Below are positions 1 through 11,055 of a DNA stretch of 42,424 bases, in pieces. The first letter of the stretch is position 1. Every line of letters starts with the position of its first letter. The stretch covers positions 1-42,424 of the IMG/VR virus record IMGVR_UViG_2563366953_000006. One strand, written 5' to 3'. This DNA comes from a virus. Lineage: Duplodnaviria; Heunggongvirae; Uroviricota; Caudoviricetes. A program made the translations under genes and the position numbers. The notes beneath the pieces were generated by a model, which worked only from the letters and a program-made list of their open reading frames with translations, had not been told where the DNA came from and searched no databases.

Positions 1-39
1 ATGGCACTCATGAATCTGGTATACTTACCGTTACACATT

Positions 40-402
40 GGGGCTGATTCTGGATTCGACGGGATTTGCGAAACCCAAGGTGCATGCCGAGGGGCGGTTG
101 GCCTCGTAAAAAGCCGCAAAAAATAGTCGCAAACGACGAAAACTACGCTTTAGCAGCTTAATAACCTGCTTAGAGCCCTCTCTCCCTAGCCTCCGCTCTT
201 AGGACGGGGATCAAGAGAGGTCAAACCCAAAAGAGATCGCGTGGAAGCCCTGCCTGGGGTTGAAGCGTTAAAACTTAATCAGGCTAGTTTGTTAGTGGCG
301 TGTCCGTCCGCAGCTGGCAAGCGAATGTAAAGACTGACTAAGCATGTAGTACCGAGGACGTAGGAATTTCGGACGCGGGTTCAACTCCCGCCAGCTCCAC
401 CA
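40..402 (+). ncRNA. ssrA: tmRNA (SsrA), complete, ending in CCA
   Basis: Begins GGGGCTGATTCTGGATTCGACGGG and ends GGGTTCAACTCCCGCCAGCTCCACCA; contains the tag-peptide coding stretch GCAAACGACGAAAACTACGCTTTAGCAGCTTAA. Recognised from memory of enterobacterial ssrA (363 nt). Confidence 0.93.
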
Positions 403-539
403 ATCATGATTGGACGGTGTAAGGACAACACCAACAAAAACAGGAAGTTAGCAGTCTCAGCAGGACACCGACCAGACGGTGATGAGACAAAAAAGGATAC
501 GCAAAGGAGCCGCGGCTCTCGAGTGACACAAAAGCCCGC
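372..539. repeat. Left copy of imperfect direct repeat (attL-like): 3' end of ssrA plus about 135 bp downstream
   Basis: Near-identical to 41489..41655; includes a 36-bp perfectly shared block GGGTTCAACTCCCGCCAGCTCCACCAATCATGATTG, with scattered mismatches elsewhere. Confidence 0.8.
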
Positions 540-560
540 TTATGCGGGCTTTTTGTTTTT
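531..560 (+). terminator. Rho-independent terminator downstream of ssrA
   Basis: Hairpin GCCCGC-TTAT-GCGGGC followed by TTTTTGTTTTT. Confidence 0.6.
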
Positions 561-636
561 CCCTTAAGTTCCTAGCCGCTTATCTATAACTATGGAAAAA
601 TGTTAACCCTGACTGTATGTTAACAAAGGGATGTAT

Positions 637-1845
637 ATGTCGGTTTTTCATAACTGGCTGCTTGATATCGCAAGCGGGAATTACTTTATCTACATCAAAC
701 GCCTTTCTGCAAACGACACAGGCGCAACAGGTGGCCATCAGGTCGGACTTTATATCCCCTCAAATATCGTTGAAAAGCTTTTTCCATCTATCAATCATAC
801 TCGCGAACTGAACCCTTCAGTCTTCCTTACTGCGCATGTATCATCCCATGATTGCCCTGATACCCAAGCACGCGCAATTTATTACAACAACCGTTATTTT
901 GGTAAGACCCGAAACGAAAAAAGAATTACGCGCTGGGGGAGAGGAAGTCCATTACAGAACCCTGAAAATACAGGAGCCCTGACAATTCTTGCCTTCAGGT
1001 TAAACGAACAGAACACTGACTGTTCCGAGGTAGATATATGGGTCTGCGTCAATCCCGATGAAGAGGATATCATCGAGTCTGCTATTGGCGAAATCATACC
1101 TGGAACCCTAATTTCCGGCCCTGCCGGACAAATTTTGGGCGGATTGTCTCTTCAGCAAACTCCAGTAAATCATAAATATGTTATTCCTGAAGACTGGAAG
1201 AAGCGTTTTCCTTCTGGAAACGAAATTATTCAATATGCTGCTGGCCATTATGCTAAAAACTCCAAGGATCCAGATGAGCAACTGATTGACCGTCGGCGTG
1301 TCGAGTATGATATTTTTCTACTCGTCGAGGAATTACATGTTCTTGATATTATTAAGAAAGGATTCGATTCTGTAGATGAGTTTATTGCATTAGCCAACTC
1401 TGTCAGTAATCGACGTAAATCAAGGGCAGGTAAATCACTTGAACTTCACCTAGAGAAGCTTTTTATCGAGCACGGACTACGGCATTTCTCCACTCAGGCA
1501 GTTACTGAAGGTAATAAAAAACCAGATTTCCTGTTTCCTTCAGCAGAGGCATATCATAACGTTGAATTTCCTGTAGAAAACTTACGTATGCTGGCAGTAA
1601 AGACCACCTGCAAAGATCGCTGGCGTCAGATACTGAATGAAGCAGATAAAATCCATCAGGTACATTTATTTACGCTGCAAGAAGGTGTTTCTTCAGCACA
1701 ATACCGAGAAATGAAAGATGCGGGTGTCAGACTCGTTGTACCATCAACTTTACATAAAAAATACCCAGAAGCAGTTAGAGAAGAATTAATAACGCTCGGA
1801 GCATTCATTACTGAGCTGATAGAACTTTACGCTGAACTATCATAG
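637..1845 (+). CDS. ecoRIIR: Type IIE restriction endonuclease, EcoRII-like (CCWGG)
   Basis: Protein MSVFHNWLLDIASGNYFIYIKRLSANDTGATGGHQVGLYIPS... is near-collinear with R.EcoRII as recalled (about 400 aa). Start taken at the second ATG (637), which has better spacing from the AGGGA Shine-Dalgarno; the ORF track starts at 631. Confidence 0.8.
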   Translation: MSVFHNWLLDIASGNYFIYIKRLSANDTGATGGHQVGLYIPSNIVEKLFPSINHTRELNPSVFLTAHVSSHDCPDTQARAIYYNNRYFGKTRNEKRITRWGRGSPLQNPENTGALTILAFRLNEQNTDCSEVDIWVCVNPDEEDIIESAIGEIIPGTLISGPAGQILGGLSLQQTPVNHKYVIPEDWKKRFPSGNEIIQYAAGHYAKNSKDPDEQLIDRRRVEYDIFLLVEELHVLDIIKKGFDSVDEFIALANSVSNRRKSRAGKSLELHLEKLFIEHGLRHFSTQAVTEGNKKPDFLFPSAEAYHNVEFPVENLRMLAVKTTCKDRWRQILNEADKIHQVHLFTLQEGVSSAQYREMKDAGVRLVVPSTLHKKYPEAVREELITLGAFITELIELYAELS

Positions 1846-1879
1846 GCTGACTCCCGGCTTAAAAGGCCGGGAGGTGTTC
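1846..1879. terminator. Bidirectional hairpin between convergent R and M genes
   Basis: CTCCCGGC-TTAAAA-GGCCGGGAG inverted repeat between the two stop codons. Confidence 0.5.
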
Positions 1880-3313
1880 TCAAGGCAGCCCAGTCTTACC
1901 AGCATCAGCAGAAACAGCTTTGAGGATATAGGGTTCCAGAAGTCTGGCAACGGCTTCAAATACTGGCACCACAACGGAGTTACCGAACTGCCGATATGAC
2001 TGAGTATCTGAAACCGGAATACGGAATGGTTTCCCTCCAGGTTTTTCAAACCCCATAAGGCGTGCGCACTCTCGGGGAGTCAGCCTGCGTGGTCGACGAG
2101 CCTGGTTACTCTCATTCATAAAGTCAGCCTCTCCCGTTGCCATATCCCAACCACGATCAATAAGAATTTCTGATCCGTCTTTGTGATATCTGGCAGAAAG
2201 TGTGCGTGCAATGCTTTCCTTATTCTCAGGATTGACCAACCCAAAGCCAAAACCATTCCCCTTGGCTGCATGCTTTTTGGCGTAGTTATAAAGGTACTCC
2301 CATAGTTTTGGCGTAAGTATATATTTACTGTCGACTACAGGCTCCAGCAATTCACCAAATGATGGGCGGTGTTCCGGATAAAAACGACTGATATCACGCA
2401 AGGTAAACCCCTTGTGAATATTCAGATCTCGTCTAAATCCGACCAGAACAATGCGTTCACGATGCTGAGGCAAAAAATGCTTCCCATCGATAATCTTTGG
2501 ATCGTTTTTTCCCATTTCTGCAGCATCGGCAACTTCGTAGCCCAGCTCGTCAAGGGTCTCCATAATGACTTTGAAAGTTTTACCCTTATCATGGCTCTTC
2601 AGATTTTTGACATTTTCCAGCACAAAAATTGCCGGTTTTTTTGCTCGTATAATACGTGCCACGTCAAAAAAAAGTGTTCCTTGTGCTTCACATTCAAAAC
2701 CATGCGCACGACCAAGTGAGTTTTTCTTACTAACACCAGCAAGGCTAAATGGCTGGCACGGGAACCCCGCAAGAAGCACATCATGATCCGGCACATGCTC
2801 ATCAATATATGCATAAGCATCCGTTTCCAATACATCGGTTTTATCACTCAGCGTGACTTCCCGAATATCGAGATTGAATTTATGCACCTGTTCATCGTTA
2901 AACCAGTTGGCCTTGTATGTACGCACAGCATCTTTATTCCATTCACTGGTAAAAACACACTGGCCTCCAATGGCCTCAAAACCTTTCCGTATCCCTCCAA
3001 TTCCAGCAAATAAGTCAATGAAGCGGAAAGCATATTCCGGATGGTTTGCAGGTGGTTCTGGTAGCATCTTACGCAGAAGAGACTCTTCTACTGAAGTCAA
3101 CGATTTTGGTAAACACTTGCCATTAATCCAGCGGTTAATGGTTTCACGGCTCCACTCATTTTTTCCGACTTTTCTCAGTAATTCAGCCACATACTTCTGA
3201 TCATAGATTTCCAGCACTTTCTCGATAAGCTTTTTATCATTTTCCTGTCGCAGCTTTTCTTCCGCCTCGGCTTCCTTCAGCAGATGCTGTGCCAACACTT
3301 CAAATTCAGACAT
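1880..3313 (-). CDS. ecoRIIM: DNA cytosine-5 methyltransferase, Dcm / M.EcoRII family
   Basis: Contains [17 protein letters not shown] (motif I), [11 protein letters not shown] (PC catalytic motif), ENVKNL and [10 protein letters not shown]; collinear with Dcm/M.EcoRII. Start placed at MSEFEV (3313), preceded by GGAGG; the ORF track extends to 3355. Confidence 0.88.
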   Translation of the reverse strand: MSEFEVLAQHLLKEAEAEEKLRQENDKKLIEKVLEIYDQKYVAELLRKVGKNEWSRETINRWINGKCLPKSLTSVEESLLRKMLPEPPANHPEYAFRFIDLFAGIGGIRKGFEAIGGQCVFTSEWNKDAVRTYKANWFNDEQVHKFNLDIREVTLSDKTDVLETDAYAYIDEHVPDHDVLLAGFPCQPFSLAGVSKKNSLGRAHGFECEAQGTLFFDVARIIRAKKPAIFVLENVKNLKSHDKGKTFKVIMETLDELGYEVADAAEMGKNDPKIIDGKHFLPQHRERIVLVGFRRDLNIHKGFTLRDISRFYPEHRPSFGELLEPVVDSKYILTPKLWEYLYNYAKKHAAKGNGFGFGLVNPENKESIARTLSARYHKDGSEILIDRGWDMATGEADFMNESNQARRPRRLTPRECARLMGFEKPGGKPFRIPVSDTQSYRQFGNSVVVPVFEAVARLLEPYILKAVSADAGKTGLP

Positions 3314-3619
3314 AATTCCTCCAAGGGGTCTAATGGGTGAAACTCTATCACTCATTCAACCCAGAAGGAAATGTTTTATCTGGATATTTAAACAGTGACT
3401 ACAACGTAATCTAGCACTGGTGATGCTTTGTTAGGCATAGAGAATCATTCTATATACGACTAATGACAGAAAAACAGCAGACAAGTAGTTTGTTCATAAA
3501 TTAACGCATACTACGTGCCTACGGTTTTCGAGACCGGTCCAATCATCAAACGAAACATAAAATTAGCTCACATTATGAGGAAAGGTATCTTTTTGCGCTA
3601 TGTAAATTCAAAGGGTTAG

Positions 3620-4489
<870 letters not shown>

Positions 4490-4546
4490 GTCTTTAAGTG
4501 ATAAGCATAAACCGCAGCACGATCTTGCATACGACGTGCTACGGTT

Positions 4547-5101
4547 TCATTTATCTCCGACCGGAAACTTCTTATACAGTGTCGATATACCAACATCATA
4601 GATGATCGCCACCTTCTGGCGAGGAACGCCTGATGCAATTAATCGCCCGGCCTGCGCCCATTGTTCTGGTGTAAGTTTGGGACGACGTCCACCAATTCGT
4701 CCCTGTGCGCGAGCAGCTTCCAGTCCAGCTTTTGTTCGTTCAACAATCAGTTCTCGTTCCATTTCAGCCAGGGCACCCATCACATGAAAGAAAAAACGCC
4801 CCATCGGTGTGCTGGTATCAATAGCATCCGTCAGGCTGCGCAAATTAACGCCACGTTCGCGCAACTCCTCAACCAGAATGACCAGATGCCGCATGCTACG
4901 CCCTAGCCGATCCAGCTTCCAGACAACCAGAGTGTCACCTGCCGATAATGTCCTGAGCAGTTTTTTCAGTCCCGGCCTTTCGGACTTTGTACCGCTTATC
5001 TTGTCTTCAAAAATCAGCTCGCATCCTGCACAGTTCAGCGCATTACGTTGTAGATCTGTGTTCTGGTCATTTGTTGACACACGTACATAGCCAATAAGCA
5101 T
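4547..5101 (-). CDS. pin: Serine DNA invertase, Gin/Pin/Cin/Hin family
   Basis: MLIGYVRVSTNDQNTDLQ...LVVWKLDRLGRSMRHL...GRIGGRRPKL is a near match to e14 Pin / Mu Gin as recalled; lies next to an invertible tail-fibre segment. Start at MLIGY (5101). Confidence 0.9.
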   Translation of the reverse strand: MLIGYVRVSTNDQNTDLQRNALNCAGCELIFEDKISGTKSERPGLKKLLRTLSAGDTLVVWKLDRLGRSMRHLVILVEELRERGVNLRSLTDAIDTSTPMGRFFFHVMGALAEMERELIVERTKAGLEAARAQGRIGGRRPKLTPEQWAQAGRLIASGVPRQKVAIIYDVGISTLYKKFPVGDK

Positions 5102-5127
5102 GGTAGATCTCCCTGACAAAAGCAGGA

Positions 5128-5541
5128 ATGATGCCATTTGCTCGTTATTTCTGCATTTTCATAAACGTTGGTTTGGGAGAAGCGGCAAAACGGGATGTAG
5201 GAACAGGGGAAAATCAGATACCGGATATGGCTTCTTTTGCCAGTGGTGATGGATGGATGAAATTACCCAACGGTAAAATCCTGCAATATGGTCGAGGTGC
5301 GGTTACGCCGACATTATCGACGCAAACAATGAGAATTACATTCAGCATCCCTTTTCCTAAAAAAGTGGACTGCGCCATGCTTACTCATTCTGGTGATGGT
5401 GGTGCACCTTTAGGTGCTGGACGGGGATTCGTGATGACCGCAGAAGGTCCAACATTAACCGGTTTTAATTCCGCTTACAGAACTGCATCAACCAGTTCCA
5501 CAGTATCGATGAATTACAGTTGGTGGGCTGTTGGTGAGTAA
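5128..5541 (+). CDS. Alternate tail-fibre C-terminal cassette (Sv'-like), silent in this orientation
   Basis: The frame continues through the crossover site (NVGLGEAAKR) so that inversion would fuse it to the constant N-terminus of the tail fibre; it has no independent promoter or RBS context. Confidence 0.6.
   Translation: MMPFARYFCIFINVGLGEAAKRDVGTGENQIPDMASFASGDGWMKLPNGKILQYGRGAVTPTLSTQTMRITFSIPFPKKVDCAMLTHSGDGGAPLGAGRGFVMTAEGPTLTGFNSAYRTASTSSTVSMNYSWWAVGE
5157..5182. repeat. Invertase crossover site (gix/pix-like), left
   Basis: TTTTCATAAACGTTGGTTTGGGAGAA; its reverse complement matches the site at 7078..7103 over TTCTCCCAAACCAA-GTTT. Confidence 0.7.
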
Positions 5542-5552
5542 TTTTATTAAGG

Positions 5553-6005
5553 GTGATTTATATGAACGAATATGTTTATAGCGCAAGGCATAATGCTTTT
5601 TTCCCTGTGGATATGATTGATAAATATAAATCAGAGGGATGGGATTTATCAGATGCTAAAGAGGTGAATCAAAATATTATCAGTGAATTTATGGCTGAAC
5701 CGCCACAAGGAAAAATCCGTATTGCCGGAGGTGATGGGCAGCCCGCGTGGGCAGATATTCCTCCACCCACGCATGAAGAACTTATTGAAATTACTGAATC
5801 AGAAAGACAGCTACTAATTAACCAGGCCAACGAATACATGAACAGTAAGCAATGGCCCGGTAAAGCCGCTATTGGTCGTCTGAAAGGTGAGGAACTGGCG
5901 CAATATAATTTGTGGCTGGATTATCTGGATGCACTGGAGCTGGTTGATACCTCCAGTGCACCAGATATTGAATGGCCTACGCCTCCGGCAGTTCAGGCCA
6001 GATGA
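5553..6005 (+). CDS. Tail-fibre assembly protein (Tfa, U'-like), alternate
   Basis: C-terminus LWLDYLDALELVDTSSAPDIEWP is the Tfa-family signature; sits inside the invertible segment on the opposite strand to its partner. Confidence 0.75.
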   Translation: MIYMNEYVYSARHNAFFPVDMIDKYKSEGWDLSDAKEVNQNIISEFMAEPPQGKIRIAGGDGQPAWADIPPPTHEELIEITESERQLLINQANEYMNSKQWPGKAAIGRLKGEELAQYNLWLDYLDALELVDTSSAPDIEWPTPPAVQAR

Positions 6006-6579
6006 CATCCGGCGCGGTGCTGGTATCTGTTGCCGTCACCGCGTCAATGTAATCCAGCACAGCGTTAAGGCTGGTTGTTTCTGCCTGCGTCAGTTTACGT
6101 CCGGCCTGCAATTTCAGCTGAATCAGACTGATTGAAGCCATTGCAGTATTAATCAGTGACTGGCGCTGTGCTTCTGCTACATCTACTGCGGCGCTATGCT
6201 GTGCTTCGGTATCCGTCACCCATTTCTCACCATCCCATTTATCGTATGGCGTTAACGGGGCGATAGTGGTTGTATTATCAGGGTAATCACCCGGAGCTGT
6301 GATTTCTTTTGATTCTCCTGTTTCGGTGCTATATACCGTTTCACCGCGATGATCTGGCACATATTCCCATGAGTTAAAATCTGCAGAACGGCAAATTGCA
6401 TAACCAGCTTTATATGAGCCAGGAGCATCTAAACAGGAACATGCCGGAATACCGACGCCAACCGCAAGATATTCAGTTGATGTGGAAATATATTCCCGCG
6501 TTTCACCATCATAATTATAAATAGTAATGTCTCCCGCTTTTATGGCAATGAGTTCGTTATTTAATACGGCTTTATTCAT
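5977..6579 (-). CDS. Tail-fibre assembly protein (Tfa, U-like), expressed orientation
   Basis: C-terminus AVLDYIDAVTATDTSTAPDVIWPELP (Tfa family); immediately downstream of the tail-fibre gene. Confidence 0.8.
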   Translation of the reverse strand: MNKAVLNNELIAIKAGDITIYNYDGETREYISTSTEYLAVGVGIPACSCLDAPGSYKAGYAICRSADFNSWEYVPDHRGETVYSTETGESKEITAPGDYPDNTTTIAPLTPYDKWDGEKWVTDTEAQHSAAVDVAEAQRQSLINTAMASISLIQLKLQAGRKLTQAETTSLNAVLDYIDAVTATDTSTAPDVIWPELPEA

Positions 6580-7379
6580 CAGGCAGCCCTCACGATATAA
6601 TTAAAGGCAATGTTACGAGGACGGTTTTCGTTTGCAGTTGGAACAATTCTTGAAGCATCAAGGCCAATCACTTTTGGGTAAACACCGCCCTCGGACCTTT
6701 CTGTCACCATACTTCTGACTAAGGAGAAATAACTATTGTTCGTTGAGGGGTTCAAAGGCACTACTGCCCCCTTAAACGAGCCTACTGATTCCCATATTGA
6801 ATAATTTTCGGTGTTTACAGTCTTGAACTCACCATAGATATTACGTATGGCATCGCCCTGAGCTGATAATATTGCCCTCCCCGTATCCATACCACGTCCG
6901 TCATCCCAGCCACGAATAAACTCACCACGTAAATCAGGCAATTTATTTGTCGGATAAGCCTTTGCCAGTTCCGGGTATTCTTCAGCAGAAAAAGCCGCGC
7001 CGTTGCATTTCAGCCAGCCTGTTGGCGGAGTGGCGGAAGGCCATGGAACAGGGACACCAACGGGTAATGCAGAGCCTTCTCCCAAACCAAGGTTTTCGAG
7101 AGCCGTTTTCACCGTGCCATCCGATTTGATATCGCTAAACGGATTCTTGCGGCTTAACAGCAGCGCACGAAGCGCGGTAAGCAGCTGGTCATGCCGCCCC
7201 TTCTCCAGGCTGGCACCGGATGCCTCCACAACGCTGCAAAGCTCCTCCTGCAACATGTCAAAGTAGTCATCATCCAGATCGGTGGCAGGCGTGCCGGTCT
7301 GGGGGTTACCACGGGTAAAACCGTTCTTACCCGCGCCGAACTTATCCTTCTGCGCGGTTTTCGTGTCTATACGATGCAT
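6579..7379 (-). CDS. Tail fibre protein (constant N-terminal part plus variable collar-type C-terminus, S-like)
   Basis: Lies between the DUF2313 baseplate gene and Tfa; C-terminal region [24 protein letters not shown] resembles the phage tail-collar domain; the crossover site is at codons ~93-100. Confidence 0.8.
   Translation of the reverse strand: MHRIDTKTAQKDKFGAGKNGFTRGNPQTGTPATDLDDDYFDMLQEELCSVVEASGASLEKGRHDQLLTALRALLLSRKNPFSDIKSDGTVKTALENLGLGEGSALPVGVPVPWPSATPPTGWLKCNGAAFSAEEYPELAKAYPTNKLPDLRGEFIRGWDDGRGMDTGRAILSAQGDAIRNIYGEFKTVNTENYSIWESVGSFKGAVVPLNPSTNNSYFSLVRSMVTERSEGGVYPKVIGLDASRIVPTANENRPRNIAFNYIVRAA
7078..7103. repeat. Invertase crossover site (gix/pix-like), right, inside the tail-fibre gene
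   Basis: TTCTCCCAAACCAAGGTTTTCGAGAG, inverted relative to 5157..5182; both sites encode the peptide GLGE in their respective reading frames. Confidence 0.7.
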
Positions 7380-7382
7380 GGA

Positions 7383-7967
7383 TTACTCCGGATATTTAAA
7401 AATCACATAGGTATGCGACGGGCAGAGTTTGTTAAGCACACATTCGACAACGGTGTCCCCCCAGAAGCGCAGCGCGGAATCACAGGGATCGCCACATGTC
7501 ATCCAGGTGGTGTTGGTGGCGGCTGGCATGTTGACCTGCCAGTAATACCGCCATTCCGGCGCATTCACCGCGTCAGTACAGGCCGATGAGCAGGTGAACG
7601 TGCTTTTGTCGTATCGCGTGATGGTGGCGTCTGGTCTGCCCAGGGCAGCAAGCTGTGCAAGATAAAAATCCTCATTGATGCCGCCCGCCAGGTTAACCTT
7701 CGCATCCAGCCGTTGCTGACGCTGGCGAAGGGTCTGCGTCCCTGCCGGAATACATTCATCCGGCAGGCCGCACAGACGCTCCCAGCGGTTTATCAGTTCG
7801 GTGGTGGTGCGCGGATCCAGCTCCTGCATCAGGGCATCCGCACGCTGATGAACACGGGTTAATGACGGTGCCGCACCGGCAATCGCCGGATCGCTGGCTG
7901 ACCACGCCGGACCGGGCGGCAACAGTGCTGACAACAGACGGATGTAATCATCGTTTGTCACGTCCAT
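7383..7967 (-). CDS. Baseplate/tail protein, Mu gp48-like (DUF2313, YmfQ-like)
   Basis: Position between the J-like baseplate gene and the tail fibre, and size (~194 aa), as in Mu-like tail modules; family assignment from memory. Confidence 0.6.
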   Translation of the reverse strand: MDVTNDDYIRLLSALLPPGPAWSASDPAIAGAAPSLTRVHQRADALMQELDPRTTTELINRWERLCGLPDECIPAGTQTLRQRQQRLDAKVNLAGGINEDFYLAQLAALGRPDATITRYDKSTFTCSSACTDAVNAPEWRYYWQVNMPAATNTTWMTCGDPCDSALRFWGDTVVECVLNKLCPSHTYVIFKYPE

Positions 7968-9016
7968 GAAATCGCCCCCAGAACCGCCAGTTCATTTTTC
8001 GCAATGGTGATATTGTCCGCCGGTGCAAGCAACTGATGGCTGTATTCCCCGTTCGCACCGGAAATCGCTTCACTGATACGTGACACCTTCAGTTCTCCCT
8101 GCGGATAACCATCACGCAGCAGGAACGAACGCAACTCCGCGGTGATGGCAGCCCGTATTTCCGGTGTGTCCGGCGTCACACGGATATGAAAATCCACCGT
8201 ATGTGCCACCGGCCTGAACACATACAAATCAGAGCCTGCCACCGGGGCCAGTGGCCCGATATGTTGTCTTGCCGCCGTTTCCGTTGATTCTTCCGGAATG
8301 GGATTAATCAGGTCACTGCTGGCAATCATCACACCGACAGTCCCCGTTCCCATCCAGTGTCGGTATGTCCATGCGCGGGTAATGCCAGGCACTTCTTTAG
8401 CCCAGACGACATAGTCCCCGTCAGCCCCGCCCTGCGGCGTCCAGTAATACCGCTCAATGACGCGGGCGCGCCACGTTTCCAGCTCTTCAGTATCAAATCC
8501 GCCTGTCAGGGTGTCAGCCACACCGGAAGACGGCAGACCATTCACCGGCGTGACCAGGATTAATGCCGTACCGTCGTCAGCGTTACCGACCGCACCTGCA
8601 CTTGAGCAGGCGATCGGCACGCGCAGGACACCACCGGAGCTGATTGCATCGTCAGTTGTCGTGTACTGCACCAGGTCATCGCGCTGAATAACACTCCCGG
8701 CAGTCACCTTCAGGCCATCGCTGACACCTTCCCAGCGCATATACCCGCTGGCAACCGTGGCTCCCTTGCGCGGACACCGTTTCATCGCAGCATGTCGCGC
8801 CAGCCAGGACTCATCGCACAGGTCAGGCAGCATATTCATTGCCAGATAATCGATGTAACCGTAGACCGTATGCAGCGCCGCCGCATACACCTTTGCCCGC
8901 ACGTCTTCATCCATGCGCCGGAGCGTGTCGCTGACGTCCAGCCTGGCGAATAAATCGTTACGGAGCATACTGATATTTTCTGCCAGCGTCGGGCGCTGAA
9001 ATTCACTGTCCGCCAT
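7958..9016 (-). CDS. Baseplate J-like protein (Mu gp47-like)
   Basis: Size (352 aa) and position in a conserved Mu-like baseplate gene order. Confidence 0.65.
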   Translation of the reverse strand: MADSEFQRPTLAENISMLRNDLFARLDVSDTLRRMDEDVRAKVYAAALHTVYGYIDYLAMNMLPDLCDESWLARHAAMKRCPRKGATVASGYMRWEGVSDGLKVTAGSVIQRDDLVQYTTTDDAISSGGVLRVPIACSSAGAVGNADDGTALILVTPVNGLPSSGVADTLTGGFDTEELETWRARVIERYYWTPQGGADGDYVVWAKEVPGITRAWTYRHWMGTGTVGVMIASSDLINPIPEESTETAARQHIGPLAPVAGSDLYVFRPVAHTVDFHIRVTPDTPEIRAAITAELRSFLLRDGYPQGELKVSRISEAISGANGEYSHQLLAPADNITIAKNELAVLGAISWT

Positions 9017-9431
9017 GCGTTATCGCACTCCACAGATCATCAAAAGAAATCATTACTGTTCCATCACGACGCCAGAGGGTGATACTGTTACCCAGCTCAT
9101 TAATCCCGGTGCGGCGGATATCCAGATCAATACGGGACACCACGCCGTCATCAGTCATCCATTGCAGGCATTCGCGGATATATCCCCTTACCGTCTGCAC
9201 CAGCTGATTGGTCAGTTTACTGCGCTGAAGCAACCACAGTCGGGAGCCGTAACGGTCATTCTGTACCGCAGGCCAGGTATCCCCCCACCATCCCATCGGG
9301 ACGTCGGCATTGTCATCAGGCTCCGCCCGCCGCCAGGTGAACAGGGAAATCACCACGGCGCGGGTCAGCGGATCCAGCGGTGCGCTGGCGCAGGTGCGTT
9401 TACCGTTCACCGTCAGCCACAGTTCCATCAT
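9003..9431 (-). CDS. Baseplate protein, Mu gp46-like (gp25/GPW-like)
   Basis: 142-aa ORF overlapping its neighbours in the conserved baseplate order. Confidence 0.55.
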   Translation of the reverse strand: MMELWLTVNGKRTCASAPLDPLTRAVVISLFTWRRAEPDDNADVPMGWWGDTWPAVQNDRYGSRLWLLQRSKLTNQLVQTVRGYIRECLQWMTDDGVVSRIDLDIRRTGINELGNSITLWRRDGTVMISFDDLWSAITHGGQ

Positions 9432-9976
9432 GCCTCCATCGCTTTATCAGGTTTGTCGGTGTTACTGCCCTGACCGTTCTCTCTGTGACGATGCCCGTTA
9501 TAGGCAAGCCGCATCGCTGACATGGTGGTGCCGCCGGAGTCGCACAGGTCTTTCACCTGTCCGGTCACTTCCAGATCCATTTCAAAACGTGCTTCAGGTG
9601 CATTGCGAAACGTGATCGTTTTCCCTGCACCGTCCACCACGATCCCCTCCCGGGTCAGCGTCACGGACTGCCCCTGATCGTCATAGACAGCCACCTCACC
9701 CGTTTGCAGCCCTTTCAGGCGGTAGCGCCGGTCCGACACCGTAACAACCACCGCATGAGAACGGTCGCCATCCGGAAACAACACCACCGCTTCCGCACCG
9801 CTGTTTGCCCTTGCGGTAAAACCGTAGGGTTCAAGATGTTCAACCCCGGCTTTGGGTTCACCGGCAATCAGGGACACATCCACGGTCTGACATTTCGTGG
9901 CGGCACTGATGCTTTTCACCACTGCCCGCCCAATCAGGCCGAGAAGTTGTCGCTGCATGGCTTCAATCGTCCTCAT
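9428..9976 (-). CDS. Baseplate assembly protein V-like / spike (Mu gp45-like)
   Basis: 182 aa, position between the hub-like and gp46-like genes. Confidence 0.55.
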   Translation of the reverse strand: MRTIEAMQRQLLGLIGRAVVKSISAATKCQTVDVSLIAGEPKAGVEHLEPYGFTARANSGAEAVVLFPDGDRSHAVVVTVSDRRYRLKGLQTGEVAVYDDQGQSVTLTREGIVVDGAGKTITFRNAPEARFEMDLEVTGQVKDLCDSGGTTMSAMRLAYNGHRHRENGQGSNTDKPDKAMEA

Positions 9977-11055
9977 CAGAACGGGTCCTCCTGTACTCTG
10001 GCTTTTTTCTTTTTCCGCGCGCCGGGGGCTTCGGGTTCAGGCAGATAAGCATCAGGCGGGCCGACACGGATTTCCGTCAGGGTGCCGTTCTGGTCCTGAG
10101 TAAACGTGACTTCCGAAACAAGCAGTTCGGTATTGTCGAAACCACAGACCGGATCGAAGACAATCACCCGCTGGTTGGGCTGCCACAGCGTATCGTTACC
10201 CTGTCGCCAGCCCTGCACCACATAGGTGGTTTCATCCGTCCGCGCCGCCCGTTTTCGGGCTTCAAAGTCAGCACGCGCAATACAGCCTGCCCCCGTGGCC
10301 TGCCCTGTCTGCCTGATATACATCGGACGGTAACGGGCAATAAATGCGTCCTCTGTGCGGGCCCGCAGCGCGGTGGTGGTGGCCTCACCGAAATCATCGT
10401 CGTTTCCGGCACGCTGCCCCACCACCTGGTAAACAGAAAACCGCTCCCGGATACTCTTCTCCGTATCACAGGAAAGGATGTTTTCCCCAAGTACCAGCGC
10501 GGTATGTGCCCGCGTTGAGCCAATACCGCCAATCACCAGCCTGCCGTGCGGGTCGTCGTAAGCCAGCGCCTGCTGCTGACCGAGTATTTTGTTGATTACC
10601 TCAATCACCGTTTCACCGTGATCAGGCTGAACATCAGGAATAACACCCGACGGCGCACCGCTGTTCACCACCTCAATGCCGAAAGGCGCAGCAAGCGCCT
10701 GCGCAATCTGCACCAGCGAGCGTCCGTTAAACTGTGTCGGTTCGGCTGCACAGTCAATCAGGTCAGCCGTCAGACTACGTCCGGCAATACCGGTGCTGAC
10801 CGAACGGGCATCGTAACGAACGGGCGTCGCCTCCACCCAGCCGGTGATCACCAGCTCATCACCAATCAGCACTTCCACTTTTGAACCGTTTTTAATGCGC
10901 GGCTGAAGCGTGGTGATACCCTCATCTCCCGGCCACTGGCGAGTGATCTCCACACTAAAATCCCGCGCCAGCCGTTCAATACCGGCACCGATGCGCACCG
11001 ATGTCCAGCCATTCCACTCCCGGCCATTTACCCGTAGCGTGACATTGTCGTTCAT
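9976..11055 (-). CDS. Tail/baseplate hub protein (Mu P / gp44-like, gpD-like)
   Basis: 359 aa, follows the DNA circularisation protein as in Mu. Confidence 0.55.
   Translation of the reverse strand: MNDNVTLRVNGREWNGWTSVRIGAGIERLARDFSVEITRQWPGDEGITTLQPRIKNGSKVEVLIGDELVITGWVEATPVRYDARSVSTGIAGRSLTADLIDCAAEPTQFNGRSLVQIAQALAAPFGIEVVNSGAPSGVIPDVQPDHGETVIEVINKILGQQQALAYDDPHGRLVIGGIGSTRAHTALVLGENILSCDTEKSIRERFSVYQVVGQRAGNDDDFGEATTTALRARTEDAFIARYRPMYIRQTGQATGAGCIARADFEARKRAARTDETTYVVQGWRQGNDTLWQPNQRVIVFDPVCGFDNTELLVSEVTFTQDQNGTLTEIRVGPPDAYLPEPEAPGARKKKKARVQEDPF

Larger units (their letters stand above)
5157..7103. mobile_element. Invertible tail-fibre segment (G-segment-like shufflon), about 1.95 kb
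   Basis: Bounded by inverted crossover sites and flanked by the invertase gene; carries two alternative tail-fibre C-termini and two oppositely oriented tail-fibre assembly genes. Confidence 0.75.

Noticed and set aside
2369-3200. Several plus-strand ORFs (116, 73, 76 and 115 aa) inside the methyltransferase gene
   Set aside because: They are antisense shadow ORFs fully contained in a well-supported gene with strong motif conservation.
4602-5090. Plus-strand ORFs (61, 81 and 93 aa) inside the invertase gene
   Set aside because: Antisense to a near-perfectly conserved Pin/Gin invertase; shadow ORFs.
9704-10884. Plus-strand ORFs (114, 68, 83 and 112 aa) within baseplate genes
   Set aside because: Antisense, His/Arg/Pro-rich translations characteristic of non-coding frames in GC-rich genes.
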